This document shows positions 13,719 through 24,526 of a stretch of DNA of 64,000 nucleotides, piece after piece. The first letter of the stretch is position 1, and the number at the start of each line of letters is the position of its first letter. The DNA comes from Ascidiella aspersa (Eukaryota). The notes under the pieces are model-generated. The model saw nothing but the letters and a program-made list of their open reading frames with translations, was not told the DNA's origin and ran no database searches. Where the stretch lies: positions 9,672,001 through 9,736,000 of the forward strand of contig OZ004608.1 in NCBI GenBank assembly GCA_963924565.1. Reading direction: 5' to 3'. Position numbers and translations under genes: made by a program.

Positions 13719-14462
13719 TCATTCAGGTTCAGGTTTACCAACATTTTCAACGATTTTCGGTGATGGCTCTTCACTTTCTTGCAATTTACCAGGCTTTGGG
13801 CGCTTGTAAACCAGTTCTGGGTTTCCCTCCATGGAGGAAGTGTACCTGGCCGCAGTAAACAAAAAGTCACTTAGTCTGTTTACATAGCGCAGCACACTGT
13901 CGTCTACTTCTTCCTTTTCGTGTAGCTTGGAGATCTGCCTTTCTGCTCTCCGACAAACGCTCCTCGAAACGTGAAGGTAGCTGCTTGTTTTGCCACCAGA
14001 GGGCAGTATGAAGTTTTTCAGTTCAGGCAGGTCGTTTGTGTATGTGTCGATCCACGACTCAAGTTCACTTACTAGGTCCGGGTCAAAATCAGTGCGAGCC
14101 TTCTGTTTTTCGGTGGCAGAAGAAAGCGGGGTGGCAACATTGGAAGCCACATCCTGCAACACGCATTGTACTTTCTGTAGCGACTCTGAAAGTTCTTCGA
14201 AGTTTTCTTTCTGCCACGATTCTTTTATTAGTTCCATGGCAAAGCCGATGTTACTGCTCAACTCGTCAACTGTTCCTAAGGCTTCAAAAGCATTGTCATA
14301 CTTGATTCTTCTTTCCCCAGTAAAGAGGCTTGATGTGCCCCTGTCACCAGTTTTTGTGTATATTTTCATGTTTCTTTTGGTGGTTGATAAATCTCTTGCT
14401 TGCGACATAAGACGAAAATTATACATCCATTTTCTTGACAGATTTTTAGAAGTCTGCATCAT
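13719..14462 (-). CDS. MMAB: Cob(I)alamin adenosyltransferase, mitochondrial (PduO type), single coding exon
   Basis: KIYTKTGDRGTSSLFTGERR, FEALGTVDELSS, FILPSGG, RSVCRRAER and YVNRLSDFLFTAAR are hallmark PduO/MMAB motifs. Basic N-terminal extension fits a mitochondrial presequence. Confidence 0.95.
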   Translation of the reverse strand: MMQTSKNLSRKWMYNFRLMSQARDLSTTKRNMKIYTKTGDRGTSSLFTGERRIKYDNAFEALGTVDELSSNIGFAMELIKESWQKENFEELSESLQKVQCVLQDVASNVATPLSSATEKQKARTDFDPDLVSELESWIDTYTNDLPELKNFILPSGGKTSSYLHVSRSVCRRAERQISKLHEKEEVDDSVLRYVNRLSDFLFTAARYTSSMEGNPELVYKRPKPGKLQESEEPSPKIVENVGKPEPE

Positions 14463-15488
14463 TTATAAATACCTAATGATAGTCTGAAAAATATTTATGT
14501 GTAAAATTTATATTATGCTTCAAAACATTGTGGTAATTTATTTATTTTATACAGAATATTAAAGCTCTGAGCTGTTTACAGCAAAAACTAATTTAATTTG
14601 GTCAGTAAAACCATCATCATTTAATTTATAAAAACAACAATGCTCTATGATTTAATTTGGGTAATAAAAATACTCTTTAAATCTCCAATAAAAACTAAAG
14701 ACTAATCAATAGTAAGTTCAGTTTTCAAAAATCTATACCCAACTAAAACACAAAAAGTGGAATTAAAAAAATTATATATGTTGACGGATTTAGTGAAACA
14801 ACATCCACGATTATTTAGTGAGTTAGTTGTTACTAGTATTCATAATCTGTCGCTAATGGAATAAGCTTCTACCTTTTTAGTACATCCTATTTCAAAATTA
14901 ACACAATAAAAATCAAACTATGGGACTCACTTCACACCTAACTGAGGCTTTATGCTGTATTATCTATAAATGCTTAATCATATTACAACATTAAATAGCA
15001 TAAGCGACTAAAAGGCATAACATTGTCTGTAATAAAAACAAAAATTACACTATACGGACATAAGCACGACGTTTACCAAACAGATGAAAATGCTACGCAG
15101 TGATGACGTTTTTTACTATTTACTTTTAAGTTCATTCAACCATACCCAAACTTTCTTACCCTTATGGTATGTTTAGTTTACACTTACTTGGGCCAAAGTG
15201 TTACTTGTAATAACTTAAGTCAATGACTTGACTTAAGTCACTATTTTTAAATGACATGACTTGACTAAAGTATTTGGGTCAAAACAACTTTACTTGGGTT
15301 GACATGAAGCTTTACAATTACGCAATTACGCATTTTTGTGTAAATTGGGGTATTTATCTTAATATTTGCACTGAATGAAACAATTTGATTGACATACGTT
15401 GCGTTTGTGACAACTTTTTGTTGAGTTAGTGCTCATTCGGACGAGTTTATCAGTTAACGTTTTATTTTTATTAAAAGTAGCCTACTTG

Positions 15489-15611
15489 CACCCCATCCGT
15501 CAGAAATCAGTGCAGTTCTAAGCAAAAAGGTCTACGACAATCAGTGCATTCAAAGGATCAAAAAGTCCGACTTTTATACTTTGAGGTCACTGATTTCTAA
15601 CGGATCGGGTG
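15489..15611. mobile_element. Short MITE nested in a GACTT-family element
   Basis: TIRs caccccatccgtcagaaatcagtg / cactgatttctaacggatcgggtg, flanked by the direct repeat ctacttg. Confidence 0.75.
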
Positions 15612-16925
15612 CTACTTGACTTGATATCTACTCAAACGACTTTATTCGGACTTCAAATTAACGATTAAGTTATTTTAAGATTAACGTGACTGGGACTTAA
15701 GTCATTTTAATTCGGTGTATAAACACTAGAGATCTGGCAAAGGCAGTCCTAGCAGTCAAATTCACACCAAAATAATTTTATTATCATCGACTATTTTTTG
15801 GCCCAGGTGTCACCTATGTAATCAGACATTTTAACTATCGGTAAAAAGTAACTGACTTTACTAGCTAAACATAAGTGTGTACTGGAAAATTCTATTTATT
15901 TTGTATTACAAAGATAGCAATATTAGGCGTGCCATTATAAATCTCGTGACGGATAGAGCGATGAAGCGAAACAAAACACTAAAAAATAGCAAGCTTGACA
16001 AAAAAACTGCACAATGTTGCCTAAAATACACACAAGTAGAAAGTAAAGCTGAGAACAAACCTTAAGGGTATTATAAACACTTTAATAAGGCGAAACAACC
16101 AAGTGAAAACAGAAAATATTCGTTTGTCGACTAAAGTTTATAAAAAGGCAAGAAAGCTCGTGATTTTTTTTTTCAGGATTAAGCCAAACCACAACGAGAA
16201 ACATTTCAAGATCTCAGCGAGGAAATTGGTTAAGTGACTTAATCAAAAGACGCGGTAATGGGATTACGTTTTTTGTATTATTTAGACACTAAAACAAAAA
16301 AAAGTTTTTAAAAGGGAAGCTCTTATAGAACCCGATTACAAAAAAGAGAAGAGGCCAAAACTGTTATAAAGTCGTGGCATTTTTTGCGAGGACGGATAAA
16401 TGAAATAAAAATCTATGTTAAAATTAGGAAGCGAAACTTCGGTATGTAAGATTATTTATATATGCGGTCTTGCTGTTTAAAAAACGGTTAAAAGGCAAAA
16501 AGCATGACCTGTATAAGATCAAAAACTGTTTAAGACTTGTCAGCTGTTGGTTGTCAAGGTGCAACATTTCGTTGCGTGCTTATTTGTATTTTTTGAACAG
16601 TATTGACGATAACAGATGAGGACGTAATGCGTTCTAACGTTCAGCGGTCGAAAATAATCAGATGTGTTCTTCTTTATTTTTTCCTGCGGGCGTAGAGAAG
16701 ACAGTTTAAATACGGGCCAAAGCTTTAAAAAATAAAATTCAGAATTTACTAAAAATTACTAGGCATATATCAACATTACACCTGTTCCAAAAAATATATA
16801 TATATTGGAGCGGAAATCGATCTCCACATACAAAAACGTAGAAAAATATCAAAGACCCGTGTTTAAAACCAGGTAACAGGCAACGCTCCGCGCGGTTTAA
16901 CAGCAACAACAACAAAACCCTACCG

Positions 16926-19900
16926 CTACAGCTTTACAGGCGAGGCCGGCTGGCGGGCTCCGGCTCCCTGAATGTAAGAGCACATGGCCGCCTGGAGCGC
17001 CGCCGCTCTCCGGGATTCGTCTTCTCTCGCGCGTTCTGCATCAGCCTCGAGGGCTCGGATCGTTTTGCCAAGACGGTCGAGCTCCTTGTCTCGTTCGTTG
17101 ACCGTCTGTCTGTGGGCGGCCGCCTGCTCGCTAAGGCGAGTCTCAAGGCAGACTATCTTTTCGCGTAGACTGCCCGACTTTGAGGCCTCTTCTTCTAGGC
17201 CGGAGATCCTGGAAAGGAAGAAATCAATTGGGAATGAGCATTGAGCAATTTTGTCATAGGGGCATGGCATATTCGTTTTGCTTTTTTTAAGATAAGCAAC
17301 CGAGCAGCCAAGCTTTGGTGGTAGGCGGTGAAAACGTGAAAGCGGCCTTTAAGATATGGTTAGCTTCTGGCATAGACCAGTTGTGATGTGCTGGTGAATG
17401 TTTTTAGGATACTATTTTTACTTTTTTATTTTTTATTTCGTTCATAATATACTTTGTGTTACTAGGATTAAAGGATTACTTCACGCTGAAGACGTTCATC
17501 TTTTAGTCAAGTATTGTGTTTGCTAGACGAAAATTGCTATTTTTGTAGGATGCCGCCTTTTTAATTTGTTTGTTTTAACCTGTACGTGGTCTGCGCAACT
17601 ATGGTACGGCCGCCCAACCGGACAACAAAGAAATATAGGCAACACTATGTAAACGTCGTATTAACCAAAGTGCTGTAACACACGGTGAGCTGGCAAGAAC
17701 CGCTCCGGTTTATAGTTCGTTGAGAGCTCACAGAACGGGCCTACAACGCGTGAAAGACTGAGAACCACTAGACTGTCTGCACTAGAAGTCTAACAAGAAA
17801 TAAAAAAATACCCAGAAAGCAGCAACCGTTAAACTGGCTTCCAGCATCCTTCTCCAAGAACCCTATAGTAGATAAAAACAGCTCCCTCACCGTCTCTCGA
17901 GTTCCTTTCGAACCCGGGCCACCTTCTCTTCCGACTCGTCGTCCTTATTGCCGAGCACCTTCTGCAAGCCGTCCACCGTCCTTCGCATGCTTTCAAGCTG
18001 CGCGTTCGACGCCGTCTTGGCCGCTTCGGCCTCGGCCAGGCCGCCCGACAGCTCGGCCACTCGTTTCTGCAGATCGGCCTTGTCGGCCTGAAGGCAGCGC
18101 GTCTTCTCCTGAAGCTGCTCGGTCTGGAACTGCGCAGTAACAGCACACGGTGTGAAAAAAGCTTTTTTGTTGGTTGGAGTGAATTTGCGCAAGGGAAACT
18201 CCTAACTATATCGTTTGGGATTTTTGCGAGCAAGAAGGATGAGATTTTTTACGTTTGTTTAAATATTTAGAAATTTCGAACGATGAAAATATATGTGTGC
18301 TTTTGTAGTACCGTACCACACTTTTTTGTATTTTTTTTACCTTTGAAAGGACGAAAAAGTAAATAAGTTGCAATGTGACTTTGCAGAGCAATCTATTTAT
18401 GAACAACTCTTCCTGTTGCTTAAACATTTGTAACGTAAGCAAAATATAAAATATACTGTGGTTAACGTAATTGGAATAACAAAAATTAACTTTAGCATAA
18501 CTTTCAAGGCAATACCAACAATAACATTAGTAAATATACACTGAATCATCATAATAGAAAAGCTAAAACCAAAATGTTTGTCAAAAAACAAATACAACGT
18601 AATTTTCATCGAAAGTATTGGAGTCTATATAGCTTCAGTCGTCTTAACTGGTGCGCCGTGGAAGGCAGCCAAGTGCGCCGCGGGCAACCGGAAAACGTAT
18701 TTAAAATTCTTGGACATATACTTTTTTAACATTTTTCATTTTTTTCTTTCGGCTTAGCTCACTGAGCATACAGTACTTTGGAGATTATGCAACTATGAAG
18801 CCTATGTAATGAAACTTAAGAAATTTAAAAGTAATACGGGTATACCAAATAAAACCCGCTCGCTTCGCTTGCCAGGTGCGTCGCCACATATTTCGAGGTT
18901 CACAGGTGCACCCTCACTCAAAAAAGGTTAAGAAACCCTGGTCGAACAAAAATAGTTGAGACATGTCGACAGCATCACGCACAAAAAACAAAATATGAAA
19001 AACAAAAACAAACAGTGGTGGCCACCTTTTCCTCATCCTTAAGTTGCTTGCGCATCGATCGTAACGAGTCGTCGTGGTCGATCCTCTCCTGAGCGAATCG
19101 CGCCTTGATTTCGGCCACCTCTTGATCCAGGGCCTCCCTGGAGAGCCGCGCCCGCTCTGCCTTCTGATCCGCTTGCTGCTGGAGTAGCGAGATGCCCGCC
19201 TGCATCCGCTCCACCTCCTGCATCTTCATTTCCTCCTGTTCTCGCATCTCGGCTTGCATCCGCCTCCGCTCCGACGAAAGACGCTCGTCGGCGGTTGTCA
19301 TTGAAATCCTGGCAACACGTAAATCAGGGGTGTCCAACATGATACATGCGAGCCAAATGTGACACGCGACCTAATAAAAAATGGCATGCAAGCCCCCCCA
19401 AAATACAGCCAATTGTCAACAAAGCTAAAGTTGTTCTACTGCCAATTGTTATTGTTTATTTACAACACAAAACAATCCCAGCAATTACTACAAAAGAAAC
19501 AATTACTTCTGGTATTATAACATTATACTGTTATTTTTTGTATAAAAGTGCTTTTAATATTAGAAAAAAAATGGTTGCTAAACTTTGGCACGGGAGGAGT
19601 AATAAGATAAAAATTGGCACGTCGGCATGTTTGAGTTGGATACCCCTGATAGTTTTTGTCGGTAATTTAACGACAATCAGCAGATAAAACTAATTTGTTT
19701 TTCTCTAAATGGCTGTATTTGTCTGATTCTAAATAAAGGGATCAGGTGTCACTATATAAAGACAATTGTATTAAATTCTCGACAACCTTTCGCACAACCG
19801 TGCTTCATCAGGTCAAAGTATTATTAATTTGCTGCGACTCTTTTTTTATAGGCCGACAAACCGGTTGTTTATGCAACATGTCAATTGCAATTACACAACA

Positions 19901-22900
19901 TATTGACACTTGACAATACCTAACGGACATGTTTCGTCTTCAATCAAACCACCATTGCGGCCGAAATTCTGTTGCTTTATCGTATTTCAATTTGTTCTCT
20001 ACTCAATTTATTTTACTTTTATCCGTGTACCTCCACATGTAATAGTTATATTATAGCAATCAAGGAGCAGCTGATTACCTAACGGTCTTTCACTGCTCCC
20101 TGGAAATCCGTTTCCAAACATTAAAAATATCTATGTATTTATCTATAATAAGTATTTCTGTGTCAGCAAAACAATGTCATAAGAAAAAACAGGATGGGAT
20201 ATTCTTACGCTATATTTTGCTAGGCTATGGCGTGTTGGCACAGATATCTTTAAAAACTGAATTATGTTAGCTCTTTTTAAAGGTTTTTTATAGGCTGCTG
20301 GTCCCAACCTAATCAGGATAGTTAATGTGGGATTACTAATTTTTATTTTGAATTTGTATATTCACACCTGTGTTCGGATTTCTGTTGGGCTAGATTTTCC
20401 TTCAGAAGGTTGATTTGATCCTGCTGATATTTAACCTTTCTTTCAAGGTCGTTTATTGTAGAGTTCGCGGTAGCCAGTGTTGTTTGAGTTTGTTCCAGGT
20501 CTTGCTGATATGTTGTCTGAAAAAAATTAAAAAACAAAAATGATGCTACAGTGTAAACATATAGATAAATTGCAGAAATGTCCAATAGACCTAAACTGTT
20601 GAATAGGCATTAGGCAATCTTGTAGTGATACCTTTACTGAATTGCTGTCGCTCCGTTCTCTTGCAATTTGAGCCTCATATGACTTGACAAGTTCCTGGTT
20701 GTCTCGGCGACAAATTTCAAGCAAGGCTGCTTGGTCAGCATTACGTTGCTCACTGATTGTCAGGGAAGCTTCATTCATATCAAGCTTCGCCCTGGTAAAA
20801 CATAACAACCGAAATGTTTACAATGACTAAAAACCTTTTTGACCTGTACACATACACTTATTGTTCTTTCATCAAATTACTTTACTGAAGATATCACCCA
20901 TTGTTGTAAACAAGCCATTTTTAAATGACTAAAGTCCAGGTCAAATTACATTATTTCCCATTAACTTTAAATATACCACAGTAAATATTTAGTAATGTTG
21001 CCATAACAAGGCAATTTAGAAATAATCTGGTATAAAGGCATTTGCTTGCAAAAACTAAATACAAAGGCTAGATTTAAGGACTTAGGTGAACCTTAAAGCA
21101 TTGAGAGCAGACTTTCTTTCCTCCAGGGTAACTTGCAATTGGTTGATCTTGTTTGAACTTGCTTTACTTGTGGCGTCTAGTTGCTCTCTCGTCATCTCAA
21201 TGTCATCCATGAAACCAATCATCTGCTTTTTCTTCTCAGACTTTAAGAATTCTATTTCCCTGCAAGTCATTATAGAAAAAAGTTATATTGTTTTCAGTAT
21301 ATATATATATATATATATGTAAAATGAAATAGAATCTATCATTCTAATCTTTTTAGTGCTTTAAGAAAATTATCAGTAGATAAAAAATGAAATAATCATT
21401 TTTTTCTTTTAATTACTGCTTAATTTTTACAATGTGTGACCTTTTGCTTCCGATGAAGAACCTGTTTGACGATCTATTTTTTATGAAAAAAATAGGATAA
21501 AGACTTATTAATTTACTGTGTATCACACTGCATCAACAGGGTCATAAATTTGTGATTGTCTTATATGTACTTTATTGTTGTGATATATACAACATTAGTT
21601 GCCCCAAACCGCCGTTTCTTAACGGTGGCCCTCGGCCCCCCAGGGGGGCCACAGAGCAGTTTTCAGGGAGCCACAACCATGCCCCATTTTTAATATGAGC
21701 CAGTGAGACGGAAATTTGTTGTTCTTATTATTACTTTATAGACCTCTCTTGTAATGCTATGTGTAATATTTATCCAATTGGTGAACAAGGGGGGTCACGG
21801 AGTGTTTAGTGTCAATCTAAGGGGGCCACGACTGCTAAAAGGTTGAGAACCACTGCCCTAAACCAAATTTTTGGTAATAAAACTAGGCTGTGATTAATCT
21901 TTTAAAATTTGGAAAATTTAAAAACTTTTGCTACTTTTTTCCAGTTTTCTTATTTTTCTAACCATTTATTTTTACCAATTATAGTTTTAAATGGTGGTTC
22001 CAAATTACCTAAATCATGGTTTTAAAACTGCTGTTTTTTCCGTAGCAAATAATTTTGAAACTTACTGTGTCAGAGTTTTTGTTTTGTGTAAAGAGCTCAT
22101 TGTCAAATGTGCCCTGTCTTCATTGTGCAAAGTAGATGACTCAATGGCACTCAAAACATCTTTGGGGATATTGTTTCCTGTCACACTTATCTAAACACAT
22201 AATTCAAAAATAAACATTAGTAGAGATAGAACAATATATTGGTTTAAGTTTGTCAATAAAAATATTTCAGTTCTACAGATATAACGGTATGAGTAAATTT
22301 CGACCAATATTTTGATACAAAAATATGATATAGTTGTTCCTCAAAAACAAACAAACTTTCTTTTTTTGTGAAAATTTTCTTAACAAGCAAGGTAATAGTT
22401 TAATAAATAATGGTAGATAAACTAAAATGTTGCTTGGATTTTATTATAAATTAATTTAAAATTTTTTTAGTAGGTATAAAAAAAAGTATTTGATATCAGT
22501 TGGCAAAACATAAAAATCAGGTAACAATTTTGGCTGAAAAACTGATATCGGTTGATCTCTAATCAGTGCTGTAAAATAGCACACAAAACAAAACTAGTTC
22601 CAAGTGTAACTAAAATTGTAAAATTATTTTATATTAACAAAACACATTTTAAGAAAGTTTGTTTTTTAAAGAAAGAAATATATCGATTTCTACCTTGTTA
22701 AGAGTGTGATTTTTCTTCAGTGCTTCTGCTAATGCCCTTCCTCCTACCAAGCCAACATTATTCCAGTTTAGGTCAAGTGTTTGCAGGGTACAGTTATTAC
22801 GCAGGGACAAAGCCAATTCTTGTGCGGCAACGTGATCGATCTGGTTGTTTTTTAGGTCAAGGTGAATGAGAGATGAGTTAACGGCCAAGCCATCACAGAA

Positions 22901-23959
22901 CGCCGCAAAAGAAACTTCCCACACGCCAAGAGCATTCCATTCCAAAGCTAGTGTCTCCAGTGTGTGATTGTTCTGCATTAAAAACATTTAGAAAATAATG
23001 TAAAGAAACTAACCAGACAAGTTGATTGTTATCACAAAAAACAAAAACACTAAAAACCATTTTCTCTCGATTGATTCTGGAAATAAATCTTATTGGATAC
23101 AATATTTAACTACCATTATATTTTTAATGGTATATAAATTATGATTTTTTAGACTTTGTTTTTCAATAAAAATGTAGTATAAATGGATAAATAAATTTTT
23201 TCATAAAACTTAGGGACAAACAGATCCCTATAGTTTGCTTAGAAAAACAATTTTTGTATCTAGCAATAGGTTGCGACTGTTCAATACCAGTTTTTCATTT
23301 TATTCGTAGCAATTTACGGCGCTCTTTCACTATTGTACGTAAAAATTAATAAAAAACAAATTTTCTTTAAATGCCGCATACCACAACACATATTGTTATG
23401 GTTAGGGTGCGGGTTAGCGTTTGGTTGAGGGTGGGTCAAGTTATTATTAATAATAAACATAATATTACTGCGGTATTATTATTATTTTTTTTGCATAACT
23501 TTTCACGTACAATAGTGAAAGAGCGCCCAATTTACTTTAAGAGGATCACATATAATAGTTTTTAGGGCAAAAAAACAAAGAAATGTTGTCTGATTTCTAA
23601 ACTTAATACTACATTACCTTCAGGAAGTTGCCCAGCGCTTCAGCACCAATCCGACGAAAGTTATTTCCTCGCAAGTCGAGTTCCTTTACAACTGTGTTCC
23701 GAGACAGGCCAGAAAGAAGGTGTTTAGCGCACTCCTTGCTCAGCATACAGTCTGAAAGCACCACGCTGACAACAGGAAGATCGTAGGAGAACAATTTGCT
23801 GAGAACAGCGCAAGTAGAAAGTTCAAGAGTGTGATTCGAAAGGTCTAACGTTCCATTGTCACCCGAACTCTGATTTTCGATCCTCGACAAAATAGAATCT
23901 TGCGGATCTATGGAATGCTCCTTGCAGAGCCGCAAATACAGCGAACGGAACTCCTCCAT
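16926..23959 (-). CDS. LRRC45: Leucine-rich repeat-containing protein 45 (LRR plus coiled coil, centrosome linker), about 675 aa
   Basis: Nine phase-consistent exons: 23959-23618, 22972-22694, 22190-22066, 21259-21092, 20791-20632, 20516-20368, 19308-19026, 18129-17891, 17208-16926. Starts [14 protein letters not shown]; RI-type LRRs ([43 protein letters not shown]) followed by a long coiled coil. Confidence 0.9.
21610..21855. mobile_element. hAT-type MITE
   Basis: Ends ggttgagaaccactg; near-TSD ccccaaac/ccctaaac. Confidence 0.7.
23318..23527. mobile_element. MITE with perfect GGCGCTCTTTCACTATTGTACGT TIRs and 8-bp TSD
   Basis: TSD caatttac on both sides; carries the internal GGGTTAGGGTGCGGGTTAG..GGGTCAAG module. 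Confidence 0.85.
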
Positions 23960-24526
23960 GTCTGCAAAATTTATTATAAAAACTGCTGTTTACATCACAA
24001 AGTATCACAAAACATGTAAAACTGCGAAAGTGATTGTTGATTTTGCGCAGCAAAACGCTTTAAAATCAGAATCTACAGAGCGGAACGGTGTAGCGGATCT
24101 TTAAATATAGCGGTTGTTAAATTTTATGTTGTTTTTTAAAACTGTATGCTAAGGCCGTGGACCATTTAAAAAAACTAGGATTTAAAAAAAACTGCGATTT
24201 ATTTTGTTGCGCTTATATGCTACAAATCGCTAACAAAACCGTCACCTTTTAATTTCAATTTTGTAAAATATTACAGTAAAAGTCTAGATAAAATGTTATT
24301 GTATATAGAAGCTTGTGCTACAATCATTTACTTCATGTTTAAAAAATGTTAAAGATTTTCGGAAAGCGTATGTAAAATAAAGCCAACGCTATATCAATGG
24401 TTGACATGTTATCCGCCCACTTTGTGGATTGAACAATGGATGGGTGTAACATTACTGGGGCAATATATCGCACATATTACAATCTCACGCCAGTCGCTAA
24501 CTGCACTAGGAGGTTTGAGGAATAAA

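Noticed and set aside
13990-14487. 165-aa plus-strand ORF and other antisense or short ORFs in the track
   Set aside because: They are shadows of real exons or AT-rich intronic and repeat ORFs with no recognisable motifs.
21441-21473. Possible 33-nt in-frame microexon in LRRC45 (minus strand)
   Set aside because: It has AG/GT borders and preserves frame, but the donor (gtcac) is weak and direct splicing of the flanking exons already gives an LRRC45-like sequence. Needs RNA evidence.
6077-23959. LRRC45-MMAB-JmjC operon (three co-oriented genes)
   Set aside because: Gaps of 1-2.5 kb with promoter-like sequence between the genes are unlike tightly abutting tunicate operons.
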